From assembly GCF_902459465.1 (NCBI RefSeq), contig NC_047072.1, positions 16,740,001-16,804,000 of the forward strand: a stretch of DNA of 64,000 nt, written 5' to 3'. A program made the position numbers and the translations under genes. Below, piece after piece: positions 13,631 to 26,307 of this stretch. The DNA comes from Asterias rubens. Taxonomy: Eukaryota. Below the pieces are notes generated by a model. That model made no database searches, was not told the origin of the DNA, and was given only the letters and a program-made list of their open reading frames with translations. Within the stretch, counting starts at the first letter, position 1. Every line of letters begins with the position of its first letter.

Positions 13631-13784
13631 GTTCTATTGCAGACAATTTAATAAGTGCAGTTCGTGTATATGCACGTGTGAAAGTATTCGTAATAGTACA
13701 AATACAACTGGGCATATGACGAACTCGGACCATTTCTAACTATCAAAGACCGTCTGTTTTTTTTTTTTTTTTTTTCTTTAATAT

Positions 13785-14151
13785 AAGGCAACTGGACAGT
13801 TTCGGTATTTACTCAAAGTAATTTTTAGCATTGAAACTTCCTTGGTAACGAGCAATGGAGAGCTGTTGATAGTATAAACATTGTGAGAAACGGCTCACTC
13901 TTTAGTACGTAGTTTTGAGAAAGAGGTATTTTCTCCCTCAAATATTAAGAAAACTCAGCTCATTTCAACCTGAAAACACACAAACTAATTTGTGCAACAA
14001 GGGCTGTTGCCTCTTTCACTATCCTACTACAACTTCAATTACCAATTGAGTTAACATTTTCAGAGCTTTGTTAATTATGTGCATGTTTTTGGATACACCT
14101 AGTGAGAATAATGGTCTTTGACAATTACCATGATGTGTCCAGTGCCTTTAA
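13785..14151. mobile_element. TTAA-flanked MITE copy (diverged)
   Basis: Family body (CATTGTGAGAAACGGCTC...GGTCTTTGACAATTACC) ending in GTGTCCAGTGCCTTTAA. Confidence 0.7.
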
Positions 14152-14530
14152 AGATAAATGCTATATGCAATTCAAACGCAAACAAATAAGGAACAGCACC
14201 CGTAACGTAATTGTAGTAGGCTAAATAAGATAAGCAGTTCCGTTTTCGAAGAGTTTACAATTATTATTGTAGCATACTTTCTTAAAAATGGATTGACTGA
14301 GAACTTCCAAAATAAAATAAAGTGTTAATTTGATAATAAAATAATGTAAATTTTTCAAAAGGTGGGCGTGGCACTTAAAACGATAATAAAACTATTAGGC
14401 CCTAACACAAGAAAATTATAATAAAATAATCTTATACAATTGTTTTGTAGGGAAGAGATATGGACGCTGTACCCAATTTTCATAAAATCATCTTGGCAAT
14501 TTGTTTTGCAATATACAATACTTTTTTATA

Positions 14531-15760
14531 TTATCCTTTACATTCGCCATAATCACCAGTTATCCAGTAACAAATCTGAGCGAATTTCAATGGAGTGATT
14601 CGCATGGCCACATTCTGTTCTTCCCGTATTCCAAAAGAGTTCACGTAGGATGTGAACCCACCGTATATACCGATGACTTTACGAGACCAAGTCGCCTGGT
14701 CTGGTTCCCACTGTCTCACGTAGATACCCGACCCAATGCTGGTTGGCGACCCGTCGCACTGTTGGTAGAATAGATGTTGCGTCCCACCGTTCACGGTGCA
14801 GAAACGATAGAACAGAGTTGGGTCGTCTGGGATGTCAAAAGACGCAAAGTGAACCATGGTACCGAGGGGTATGTTGCCGGTGTCGCCAATACCAACTTCA
14901 AGATGTTGGCGCTCCGGACTCCGTTTGAGCAGAATCACAGCGTAGTCTTTATCCAGAGGTAGAAGCTGATTGGATTTCTTATTGGTCCAATCGTATGGGA
15001 GATACACTTTAGAGGCTCGAATCCAGAAGAAAGCTTGAGCATTTGCGAGGTCCGGATCCTCGCCCGGGATCGGTTCACGCTCGCGTCTGAAACCCGCACG
15101 GATTTCTTTAACGTCTACGACGTAACGTTTTCCGTTATGGATGCAATGAGCAGACGTAAGGACGTACTGGGGCGCTATGAGGACCCCGCTACACCCGACA
15201 GAAAGCTTAACGGTTGCAGAGAAAGGGTACATCGTGACGTATTTCATGACATTTATCTCGAACCGTGAGTCTAACCCAAAGACGGCGCGTTTCCTGCGTC
15301 TCTTTGCCCCACCAGCAGCTTTCTGTTTTTGTTTCCTCACGGTATGCGTCCACCTGTTAATGTAATTCACCATTTTCTCTTGAACGCGAGGTCTAGTCAA
15401 CGTTCTGGTGCCATTGGGGTAAAGAGTTTCAAACGCTAACATCTCTTCAGCCTCATCAACGGTGTAGTTCCTCTGAGATGCTACATCCGAAACCTCACAC
15501 TCTGCATCACAATATAAACTTATCCCGTCTTGGTTTACTGTCTCTTTGTCTTGCTTTATCAAGTCCTCTTCGCTCCCTTCAACCTCCTCATCCAAGATGA
15601 CGCTCTCAGCCTGGGCATTCTCTCCAGCCCCTTCTGGTTTAGGTAGCTTGAATCTATGCCATTTATCAGCAGCTGCATGCACTGATGAAGCAGATACCAG
15701 GCTAGCAAACATGGACAAGGATGCCACCAATACACATACCGCATGAATGTTTAACATCAT
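14531..15760 (-). CDS. PRSS23-like: PRSS23/PRSS35-family secreted trypsin-like protein, probably catalytically inactive
   Basis: 409-aa single-exon ORF with a signal peptide, acidic pro-region and furin-type KRRRKR/AVFG site. Family motifs: YPFSATVKLSVGCSGVLIAPQYVLTSAHC, DYAVI, YRFC, YQQCD..P...GSGIYVR and WSRKVIGI. Confidence 0.92.
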   Translation of the reverse strand: MMLNIHAVCVLVASLSMFASLVSASSVHAAADKWHRFKLPKPEGAGENAQAESVILDEEVEGSEEDLIKQDKETVNQDGISLYCDAECEVSDVASQRNYTVDEAEEMLAFETLYPNGTRTLTRPRVQEKMVNYINRWTHTVRKQKQKAAGGAKRRRKRAVFGLDSRFEINVMKYVTMYPFSATVKLSVGCSGVLIAPQYVLTSAHCIHNGKRYVVDVKEIRAGFRREREPIPGEDPDLANAQAFFWIRASKVYLPYDWTNKKSNQLLPLDKDYAVILLKRSPERQHLEVGIGDTGNIPLGTMVHFASFDIPDDPTLFYRFCTVNGGTQHLFYQQCDGSPTSIGSGIYVRQWEPDQATWSRKVIGIYGGFTSYVNSFGIREEQNVAMRITPLKFAQICYWITGDYGECKG

Positions 15761-16189
15761 GTTGCTGTTGTGGTAGAGCGAAGTGCGGTTGCCAAAACTT
15801 GCTCGTGTGAACGAACCACAGACCTAAGATAAGTTCGTCTATAGCTACCACAACCTCAAGTCTACTGCCTCATATACAGAATAACTTATGATCCATTCTC
15901 ATAGATCTCGTTTTATATCACACCACTAAAGCTCAGGCGCAGTTTTTCAAGCCGACGCGTGTCTTTAGAATCGAGAGTAAATCTTGTTTATCCCAGGAAG
16001 CATTTCCCACAAAAACGCTGCCAAACTTCTCTCAAAATCAAAAGTGTGTAGAACTACATTTGGAGCACAGCCAGGTCTGCAATTAGCCTGTTTACAATTC
16101 ACGCAGTGAGAGTTGACAGACTACAACCCAAGAAATCCCCGACTGCAAGAAAATTTAAGTGATTTCTTCCCGACTTGGCCCCGAACTTA

Positions 16190-16330
16190 CGTTCACAAAC
16201 GCTGACTGATCTGAGATGACGAGTTGGCCCCACTGATCTGAGGAACTCACGGCCACGCCCACTTGATTCATAAACAAAGTTCCGTGCATCGTGATTGGAC
16301 GGCAGTTGCTATGACGTGTTTGACTGGATT
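16190..16330 (-). promoter_or_regulatory. Candidate promoter and 5'UTR exon of the PRSS23-like gene
   Basis: Minus-strand donor GTAAGT starts at 16190 and acceptor CTTAG ends at 15824, just upstream of the start codon. Nearby are a GC-box-like CCACGCCCAC, a CCAAT box (ATTGG on +, ~16293) and a TGACGT half-CRE. These are retained in the duplicate at ~23.4-23.5 kb. Confidence 0.5.
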
Positions 16331-18626
16331 TACATACGGTGACTTGGTGATGAATGTTTTACCCCTCCGCCATGTGTGTGAATACACGGCACACCTTGTC
16401 TGCAGGACCCTAGACTTGATGACAAGTCGTTAGTCGGTGTCTATGTTTGCCAGTGTTGCCACATTCTACGTTCATGCAACAGTCGCGATTATACATTCAT
16501 GCAGCGTTCGCAGATAATTCCTTGCATGATCCGTCAGTGACTGACTAACACGAATTGGGATCGAAGGTGTGTGAACCGTCCCCGCAGCTGAATTGGGAAA
16601 GACACACGCCGCGGCACAACAATAACCGACTTGATTTCAAGACTAGCAGGACCCTGGAAAAGCTAGTGACCTCACGGGGTCACCATGGCCCAGATTTTCC
16701 GTTACTAATTCAAGGTGATATTTACTACACGAACTGCATGGCTGGTTTGTCTTGGACTGTACGGCAGTAACGGAAGGTTGATTTCAAACAAGGTTTCGGT
16801 TTGAGGTATTAATTGGACCATTGGTGTCTGCCTCTGCGCTACGGGGTGGTAGGGGGTGGAGAGGGAGGGGATGAAGGGGAGGGGGGATCAGAAGTGGAGG
16901 GGTTATCAAAAGAAGCAACCATCCCGTCACACTTTAAAAAATGTTGTAAGTATTGGTTTGATGGAGACTGTGTACATCTACTTGATGTGTAGATTGTGTT
17001 AGTGTTACCGAAAACCAATTGCCTCACCTCACAGTGCCATTAATTTTTCTTGCACATTATTATGGAGGAAGACGACTTTCTCCAGGCACATCATCCAATA
17101 ATCTCTCAATAATAAGAGCTTTGAGCTAGCTACCTGCGTCTTAGAGAATTGTATAAAAAGTGCGTGTTAAACATCACTTTTGTACAAATACATTCACCAA
17201 TTATGGAAATATCAACACTTTACTATCACAAATAATGCAATAAACTTCCGTAGACAGATCTTAATCAAATAATAATTAACAATGATAATATTATTTCACG
17301 ATAGGCGTAGAATGTTGAATAGTAGAGCCCCATGCTGGGACTACCCAACTTGATCAAACTTTTGAGTTTACACACATATGCCCCCGAATTATTAAAGTCA
17401 ATCGCTTGGGTTTTTGGCTGGAGGCGTTTTTTAGGTCTGGCCATGACGGTCTGGTTTTTGACACTGTTACATTTTTTGGTGATAAACGAAGAGTGGTCGG
17501 AAGAAAATTTGGAAGGAAGTAGTTTTATTTGTTCTTCTCCCTCTCTCTCTGTATTTATTGCATTTTGGGGTGTTCCAATCTCTGCATGTATTGGGCTACT
17601 TCTCCTGTATTTTTTTTCTTATTTTTGTGTTTTTTTTCTTCCTTTTTTTTCCCCGTTTACAATTAGCAACGTTTTGATGTCCTTAGTGCAGGTCCCTACC
17701 GCACCGGGTGCTTCCGATTTTATCAATGTTTCCATTTTGTAAATTTTTGAACAATAATTATTCCCCTTTTTTTGCTGTTTTATGAAACAGTATTTTGTTT
17801 CAATGAAACAGTATATTTTTTCCTCGTACTTCAAGGAGGCAATTGAGGCGATCGCTCCCATGTCCCCAGGGCTCAATTTCATAGAGCTAAGCACAAACAT
17901 TTGCTTAGCATGAAATTTCTTCCTTGATAAAAACAAGATTACCAACCAGATTTCCATTTGTTGCATATTGCTTGATACTGGTATTTCAGCTGCTGTTGGC
18001 TTATCCTGAAAAACACGTGGACATTTGGTTGGTAATTCTGTTTTTATCGAGGCAGACATTTAATGCTAAAAAGATTTGTGTGTTAAGCAGCTCTATACAA
18101 TTGGGTCCTGGTAATTGCCTTGGTGCCCTTGAAATGTTCCAGTAGAAATTTACAATTTCCTCATAGGGTGCCCTTTACAAGTACCAAGGAGAAAATGCAT
18201 TGGTGTTTTGCACTTTCAAAAGAACAAGGCACATACTTCTACTTTAATATTTCACAAAAGGTTAACTTTTTTCCCCCTTTTTTTTTTTATTACCTAAGCT
18301 CAGTTTAACGATTATTGTTCATTATTGGGCTTTGTTTTATGAATACAATAATACAAAAACTATGCATAACAATCCATGCATGCAAATTACTTTTTGGTTT
18401 ATTGTTTTTTTTTATAATCTTCTTAATAACAATAATTAACAATTTTATTATTGAAAATACAAACACTTTGCCCAGCACATTTAAGGGTAATGTCCATAAA
18501 ATGTGACTTTCGGTTAAAAATCTATTTAAATGTCGAGAGCAGCCTTTTTTACGTTAGTCTTGTCGCATACAAGCATCATCAACAACCTTAAAAACACAAT
18601 CCGAAGCAAGATATTCAAAAAGCAGT

Positions 18627-20720
18627 ATGTTTCTCGTCAACCTCGTACCCCTGCTTCTGCTAGTCGGTGTGTTGACTCAATCAGGAGTAGATGCAGATGA
18701 ACAACTGGGGGAACAAGCGAATAATCTTCGAGGTGAATATTAGTATATAGATTCTCTATTTTTCATTTTGAGCAAGATACCTGACTTGAATTGCTTCGTT
18801 TCACACATTGGTGAAACTGGGTCATATTGTGTGAGAAAAAAGCCTTGGGAGCGTTACGTTGCCCACAGCAGGCTGTACTGAGAAAACGGGATGTTATTGG
18901 CCCAATGACCAAGGCACTTAAAGGCAGAGTTGGTTTTTACTCAAAATAATAATCATCATAAAACCTTTCTTGGTGACAAGTAATGGGGAGAGGTTGATAG
19001 TATGAAACATTGTGAGAAACGGCTTCCTCTGAAGTGCTATAGTTTTCGAGAAAGAAGTAATTTTCCACGAATTTGATTTCGAGACCTCAGATTTAGAACT
19101 TGAGGTCTCGAAATCAACCATCTAAACGCACACAACTTCGTGTGACAAAGGTGTTTTTTACTTTCATTATTATCTCGCAAGTTCGATGACCGATTGAGCT
19201 CAAATTTTCACAGGTTTGTTATTTAATGCATATGTTGAGATACACCTACTGTGAAGGCTAGTCTTTGACAATTACCAGTAGTGTCCACTGCCTTTAAATG
19301 GACAGCGCATCAATACGGTTGTTGTAAAAATTAATGCACCATTTAAGAACTTGTTCTTATTATTACTAAACAATTGAAACTTTTGTTATCTCCAGATACG
19401 GTGAAATCCTTCTACGACAAGTTTATCGAGTACAGCATCAATGATGATACGGATGCCCTGATAGGTTTACATGACGAAAAATGCAGTATACTGATTGACG
19501 GTTTGCCACCCACTACTGGAGTTGACGGTAGGGGGCGCACTTCTTTTTTTTTTCTCTGATCCACAACCATAAAAATAAAACACTGTATCAAAAATACAAA
19601 CAAATTTATTCGTAATTGTTGCCGTTCAATGTGCAGTTGTTAACTTTCATGGAACAGTGTGTTGCTAAGCTACCATTAACTCTTTGCAAGAATATTCTTT
19701 TCTTAACCGTCGTTATTAATTACATTTTTTTTTTTTTTGGGTTAGAAATACGATCTTTGTTGAAGCTGATACCCGAGAGAGCCGTTCACATTGAGCCCAC
19801 CTATTGGGATGTAAAGGCGATGGATAGCAATGCAGAGTATGTGTACGTCACGGTGCATCTCGATTATTTCAATGAAGCGGGTGAAATAATCATAGCTACA
19901 AAGTAAGTATTTCATTCATTCATTCATTTTCTTAAAAATGAAAAAAAAATGACAGCACAAAGCAGAGTTATGTGGCATTACAATAAATATTGATAAAAAT
20001 TGCGCAGATAAAAGACAAAGATGACAATAAATTGAAATATAAGTTTGATAAACCACTGAGAGGGCATTATTAAAAATGCACAGGGTGTTGTGGGTTAGGG
20101 GAGTTAGGGTTATGGTTATGGTGAGATGTTAGGGTTGTGCTATAGACCGTTCAATTTATGGTATACTGGCATGGCCGGCCGATTGGTAGCAAAAAAATCA
20201 ATCGTGTTCAACACAAATTGTGACAACATTTCAACATTTTCTGCTAAGACTCGCGAGCTGAAATATCTCTTATGATTTGTTGATTTGTTTCCAACAAATT
20301 CCACCACATTTTTGAATTATATAGTTTTGTAACATTTTTTACAAACTATGGCTATCTGTTTTTGTTTTGCATGAACGGCCTTTATAGTTCTCCAGCCTAG
20401 GTTGGCAAAATATCGGCCTATGACCCCCCCAACCCCACCCCAAATACGGCGAACTGTGTCCAAACCTCTTTTGACAGCGCCCTCTTTTGAATAAATTCCC
20501 ATAATATGGAGGACAACCGATGTTGCAAAGATTATGTTGGGTAAGGCTAAAATATACAGGCTCATATTTATTTTGATTTTTTTTTTCAAAATGTTTCTTA
20601 ATCTGTGTTTTTTCTGTATTATTTTTATTTGACAGTGGAATAAATATCCTAAGGAAGAATCCAGATGGATACAAGTTTTACATCGTGATAATCAACAGAC
20701 ATAATCAACAATTAGCTTAG
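18627..20720 (+). CDS. Secreted NTF2/SnoaL-like (DUF4440-type) protein, copy A, 159 aa
   Basis: Exons 18627-18732, 19396-19527, 19746-19902 and 20636-20720; GT-AG introns in phases 1,1,2; 480 nt in total. Protein: MFLVNLVPLLLLVGVLTQSGVDA/DEQLGEQANNLRDTVKSFYDKFIEYSINDDTDALIGLHDEKCSILIDGLPPTTGVDEIRSLLKLIPERAVHIEPTYWDVKAMDSNAEYVYVTVHLDYFNEAGEIIIATNGINILRKNPDGYKFYIVIINRHNQQLA. The gene model is well supported; the fold is assigned by pattern recognition. Confidence 0.85.
18918..19297. mobile_element. TTAA-flanked MITE in intron 1 of copy A
   Basis: TTAA at 18918-18921 and 19294-19297. The same insertion sits in copy B at 24503-24877. Confidence 0.85.
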
Positions 20721-21269
20721 TGTAGCGACGTATACACTTTAAACTCATACCGTAAAGGTACAGGCCTACCTCAGCTGAGGTCTCGAATTCAATTCAAATA
20801 TTTTTGTGAGAAAATACTTCTTTCTTAAAAACTAAGTTAATACGTGTACTTCAGAGGGAGCCGTTTCTCACAATGTTTTATGCTATCGCCAGCTCTCCGT
20901 TGCTCGTTACCAAGTAAGTTTTTATGCTAACAATCATTTTGTGTAATTACCAATAATGTCCATCGGTGCATTTAACATCACACTACAGTTATAGATAATA
21001 AAATCACAGAGTTGGACCGCCCTCAAAATACTTCCCTTTTTAATAACTGCTTTATAACGTTACTAATATTTCAATAATGATCATCATTATATAAAGTTAA
21101 CATACCCAAACACATCATTATACTATCTCCTCCACACTCTCTGCGAACGTTCGAAATGTTTGAAAATGGGGACGACTTCTTCCTAAACATGAATAAATAA
21201 ATAAACTAAACAAAGCATTGTGAAATACTGTGTTCAAGTCCAGTGTGTGTGATAATTCTTTATCATTGT

Positions 21270-21750
21270 AATAATAATAATAGTATCGAAGTCTGCTATA
21301 GCGCACGTATCTACCAAGCAAGGTACTCAAGGCGCTGAGTATAAATACATTTACAGAAAGATGGGTTATTAAAGTTGTGAATTATTTGGCAAAATAATAG
21401 AGCACCTTATAAGGGTTTAATTCAATTCAATTCAATTCAATTCTTTATTCATCATGCCCAGCATGAAAATCACGTTCTCGATTTGCACATTAACATAAAG
21501 TATACAAGGTGCTACGGTGCATACAGCAGCCACAGCCAGGTACACCGGGGTGAACCCCTTCTCTTTTGGATATAAGTGCACTGGGTTCTTTTACGTGCGT
21601 TACACAACACATGAGACCAACGGCTTTACGCCCCATCCGAAGGACGAAGAAATGGTTAAGTGCCTTGCTTAAGGACACAAGTGTCACGATGGGGGGGGGG
21701 GGGATTCGAACCCACATTATGCTGATCAGAAACACCAGAGTTTGAATTCA
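21270..21750 (-). mobile_element. tRNA-derived SINE
   Basis: B-box-like GGGTTCGAATCC head on the minus strand and a (TTA)n tail. Homologous copies at ~26850-27330 and ~29165-29577, partial at ~53390-53535. The 29.5-kb copy also shows the A box TGGCCGAGCGGTTAAG. Confidence 0.75.
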
Positions 21751-21951
21751 TTGGCGTTGCCTTATTTGCCATACCTGCAATGTATGTAAAATAAAATGAT
21801 GTTCTTTTCCATAACCGCAGTACTTCGAAGTGGAATGTTTCTCAAAATGCATTTCACTATCCAAACTGCTGTAATGCTTACCACGTAGGTTTTTAATGAC
21901 ATTGATTTACAAACCCACTACCAAACGTATACAGAGCCCTTTTCACCTTTT

Positions 21952-22519
21952 TTAAAGACAGTGGACACTATTGGTAATTGTCAAAGAATAGTCTTAACAG
22001 TTGGTGTATCTCAACATATGCATAAACCAACTAACATGTGAAAGTTTGAGCTCAATCGGTCGTCGAAGTTGCGAGATAATAATGAAATAAAAAACACCCT
22101 TGTCACACGAAGTTGTGTGCTTTCAGATGCTTGATTTCGAGCCCTCATCAAGTTCTAAATCTGAGGTCTCGAAATCAAATTTGTGGAAAATTATTTATTT
22201 AATTTATTTTATTTTAATTCTTCGGACAAAAAAAGCAAAACAATAAAACAAGCACAGGCCGTCCAGGGAAGGGCAAAAGGCTAAAAACTGTCATCAAAAA
22301 AGATGTGCTCTCCCAGACCTAGCTCATAAAAAATACACATTATATATACTATACATTAAACATTATCAAATTACTTCTTTCTCAAAAACTACACCACTTC
22401 AGAGGGAGCCGTTTCTCACAATGTTTTATTCTGTCAGCCTCCCCCATTACTCGTAATCAAGAAAGGTTTTATGCTGATAATTATTTTGAGTAATTACCAA
22501 TAGTGTCCACTGTCTTTAA
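21952..22519. mobile_element. TTAA-flanked MITE with a ~180-bp internal insertion
   Basis: Family TIRs and TTAA at both ends. The insert at ~22195-22370 resembles ~35015-35090. Confidence 0.75.
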
Positions 22520-22689
22520 GCCTAATAAAACAAAACAATTATAATAAATAATTGGATGCGTAATTTGATCGATGGCGATTACGTGTTAATTTTCGCTAGA
22601 AAGTTTTTTTTTTTTTTTTTTTTTGACTCATGTGCATTGCCCGTAAATTAATTTGTTTTTCAGATACAAGAATCTTTATAAATATTTGG

Positions 22690-22890
22690 GTTTTACCCAT
22701 AAACACCGATGCGTGATAGCACTTTATACTCTCGAGTTCTGTGGAAAAAACCCATATCACAGGCATATTGCTCAGGTGTGATTCGAACCCACGATATTTG
22801 CAATGCTAGAGCAGTGTCATACTATACCGAAATTGCCCGGTAGGTAGAGGCAGTTCAAATCCTATTAGCAGCGGGTACTGCAACGATTTG
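22690..22890 (-). mobile_element. Second tRNA-derived SINE-like family
   Basis: ACCGATGCGTGATAGCAC...GATTCGAACCCACGA...CTAGAGCAGTGTC. Related copies at ~58130-58300 and, inverted, at ~49290-49450. Confidence 0.6.
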
Positions 22891-22990
22891 GGTCTAACCT
22901 AATGAAGTATTTTTTACCCACGATGCAAAATGTCCATATATATTATTAAACATATTTGTTTAAGCCACACACAAGTTTAGATTAGTCTAC

Positions 22991-23521
22991 AGCTACCAAA
23001 ACCTCAAGTCTACTGCCTCATATACAGAATAACTTCGGATCCATTCTCATAGATCTCGTTTTATATCACATCACTAAAGCTCCAGACGATCTACAGGTTC
23101 AGTTTTTCAAGCCGTGTCTTTAGAATCGAGAATAAATCTTGTTTATCTCAGGAAGCATTTCCCACAAAAAAAGCTGCCAAACTTCTCTGAAAATCAAAAG
23201 TTTTAAGAACTACATTTGGAGCACATCCAGGTCTGCATATAGCCCGTTTACAATTCACGCAGTGATAGTTGACGGTCTACAACCCGAGTAATCCCCGACT
23301 GCATGAAAACTTAAGTGATTTCTTCCCGACTTGGCCCCGAACGTACAACACAAACGCTGACTGATCTACGATAAAGATTTGGCCGACTGATATTAGGCAT
23401 TCACGGACACGCCCACTTGTTTCTTAAAAAAGTTCCATGCATAGTGATTGGACGGCAGTTGCTATGACGTATTTGACTGGATTTACATACGGTGACTTAG
23501 TGATGGATGTTTACCCCCTCA
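22991..23521 (-). repeat. Orphan duplicate of the PRSS23-like promoter, 5'UTR exon and intron segment
   Basis: Collinear with 15843-16367 (starts AGCTACCA-AACCTCAAGTCTACTGCC). It lacks the splice acceptor and the coding exon. Confidence 0.9.
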
Positions 23522-24211
23522 GCGTCCTGTGTGTTTCCTGGTGGATTTTCCCCAAATTACGATTCAGATTCAGATCCCAAGTCTGTGTGATGTGTGAAGA
23601 TTAGTCCTTAATACTCCACGGAGGCAACGAAGGCGATTGCCTCCATGCCCCATGGGTGCCCTTGAAATGCTCCAGTAGAAACATACTATTACCTCATGGT
23701 GCCCTTTACCAAGGAGAATATGCCTTGGTGTCATTGCCCTTTCAAAAACGAAGCATACAGGACTAGCAGAGTAGGCGTATTTTTCTACTATGTCACGAAG
23801 CTTGATAATTCTTTTATTTTCTTGTTTTACCTAATGATTTAATCATTCTCAATTATGAGTTTATAGTTAATTTGTTAGGGATTATGCGCTAATTATGGCT
23901 CGAGCATACAGTTTGTTATTTTGTGTGAGTACTACAAAAGACAATCACACTATGCAAACTACTTTGTGCTAATTGTTTTTTAAATAATCTTCTTATTAAC
24001 AATCATTAACAATAGTTAAAATAGGAGAGCTCTGCCCAGCATATTCTTGGGGTAATTACTGTCCATAAAATGTGCCTTTCGTTTGAAAATCTATTTAAAT
24101 GTTGGGAGTGCAGCCTTTTTACGTTAGTCTTGTCGCATACAAGCATCATCAACAACCTTACTAACATTATCTTCGTCTACAACACAAAACGGAGCAAGAT
24201 TCAAAGGCAGT

Positions 24212-26307
24212 ATGTTTCTCGTCAACCTCGTGCCCCTGCTTCTGCTAGTCGGTGTGTTGACTCAATCAGGAGTAGATGCAGATGAACAACTAGGGGAACA
24301 AGCGAATAATCTTCGAGGTGAATATTAGTATATAGATTATCTATTTTTCATTTTGAGCAAGGTACCTGACTTGAATTGCTTCGTTTCACACATTGGTGAA
24401 ACTGGGTCATATTGTGTAAGAAAAAAGCCTTGGGAGCGTTACGTTGCCCACAGCAGGCTGTACTGAGAAAACGGGATGTTATTGGCCCAATGACCAAGGC
24501 ACTTAAAGGCAGAGTTGGTTTTTACTCAAAATAATAATCATCATAAAACCTTTCTTGGTGACAAGTAATGGGGAGAGGTTGATAGTATGAAACATTGTGA
24601 GAAACGGCTTCCTCTGAAGTGCTATAGTTTTCGAGAAAGAAGTAATTTTCCACGAATTTGATTTCGAGACCTCAGATTTAGAACTTGAGGTCTCGAAATC
24701 AACCATCTAAACGCACACAACTTCGTGTGACAAAGGTGTTTTTTACTTTCATTGTTATCTCGCAAGTTCGATGACCGATTGAGCTCAAATTTTCACAGGT
24801 TTGTTATTTAATGCATATGTTGAGATACACCTACTGTGAAGGCTTTGACAATTACCAATAGTGTCCTCTGCCTTTAAATGGACAGCGCATCAATACGGTT
24901 GTTGTAAAAATTAATGCACCATTTAAGAACTTGTTCTTATTATTACTAAACAATTGAAACTTTTTTTATCGCCAGATACGGTGAAATCCTTGTATGACAA
25001 GTTTATCGAGTACAGCATCAATGATGATACGGATGCCCTGATAGGTTTACATGACGAAAAATGCAGTATACTGATTGACGGTTTGCCACCCACTACTGGA
25101 GTTGACGGTAGGGGGCGCACTTCCTTTTTTTCTCTGATCCACAAATACAAACAAATTTATTCGTAATTGTTGCCGTTCAATGTGCAGTTGTTAACTTTCA
25201 GGGAACAGTGTGTTGCTAAGCTACCATTAACTCTTTGCAAGAATGTTCTTTTCTTAACCGTCGTTATTAATTACATTTTTATTTTTTTTTTTTGGTTAGA
25301 AATACGATCTTTGTTGAAGCTGATACCCGAGAGAGCCGTTCACATTGAGCCCACCTATTGGGATGTAAAGGCGATGGATAGCAATGCAGAGTATGTGTAC
25401 CTCACGGTGCATCTCGATTATTTCAATGAAGCGGGTGAAATAATCATAGCTACAAAGTAAGTATTTCATTCATTCATTCATTTTCTTAAAAATGAAAAAA
25501 AAAAATGACAGCACAAAGCAGAGTTATGTGGCATTACAATAAATATTGATAAAAATTGCGCAGATAAAAGACAAAGATGACAATAAATTGAAATATAAGT
25601 TTAATAAACCACTGAGAGGGCATTATTAAAAATGCACAGGGTGTTGTGGGTTAGGGGAGTTAGGGTTATGGTGAGATGTTAGGGTTGTGCTATAGACCGT
25701 TCAATTTATGGTATACTGGCATGGCCGGCCGATTGGTAGCAAAACAATCAATCGTGTTCAACACAAATTGTGACAACATTTCAACATTTTCTGCTAAGAC
25801 TCGCGAGCTGAAATATCTCTTATGAGTTGTTGATTTGTTTCCAACAAATCCCACCACATTTTTTAATTATATAGTTTTGTAACATTTTTTACAAACTATG
25901 GCTATCTGTTTTTGTTTTGCATGAACGGCCTTTATAGTTCTCCAGCCTAGGTTGGCAAAATATCGCCCTATGACCCCCCCCCCAACCCCACCCCCCCCCC
26001 AACCCCACCCCCCCCCCCCCCCCCCCCCCCAATACGGCGAACTGTGTCCAAACCTCTTTTGACAGCGCCCTCTTTTGAATAAATTCCCATAATATGGAGG
26101 ACAACCGATGTTGCAAAGATTATGTTGGGTAAGGCTAAAATATACAGGCTCATATTTATTTTGATTTTTTTTTTCAAAATGTTTCTTAATTTGTGTTTTT
26201 TCTGTATTTTTTTATTTGACAGTGGAATAAATATCCTAAGGAAGAATCCAGATGGATACAAGGTTTACATCGTGATAATCAACAGACATAATCAACAATT
26301 AGCTTAG
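24212..26307 (+). CDS. Secreted NTF2/SnoaL-like protein, copy B, 159 aa
   Basis: Exons 24212-24317, 24976-25107, 25300-25456 and 26223-26307, with the same lengths and phases as copy A. Three amino-acid changes were seen (F>L, V>L, F>V). Confidence 0.85.

Noticed and set aside
14501-15746. Plus-strand ORFs overlapping the protease gene
   Set aside because: They are antisense shadows of a GC-richer coding region and show no recognisable motifs.
20092-20140. Interstitial telomere (GGGTTAGGGGAGTTAGGG; also ~25648-25690)
   Set aside because: There are only two or three degenerate TTAGGG units inside an intron. It is more likely part of a small repeat.
20195-20225. ATCGTGTTCAACAC as a candidate exon 4 of copy A
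   Set aside because: It has no suitable acceptor or frame. The exon at 20636-20720 fits phase, length and homology.
18918-24706. Identical 67-aa ORFs MVDFETSSSK... and similar ORFs at 6.4, 10.7, 47.6, 54.7 and 61.7 kb
   Set aside because: All lie inside copies of the TTAA MITE. The frames are not conserved between copies.
25975-26030. Long poly-C tract (also G/C runs at ~8452, ~60490 and ~63473) as a functional G-quadruplex
   Set aside because: The tract length differs between near-identical blocks A and B. Homopolymers are unstable and error-prone in assemblies.
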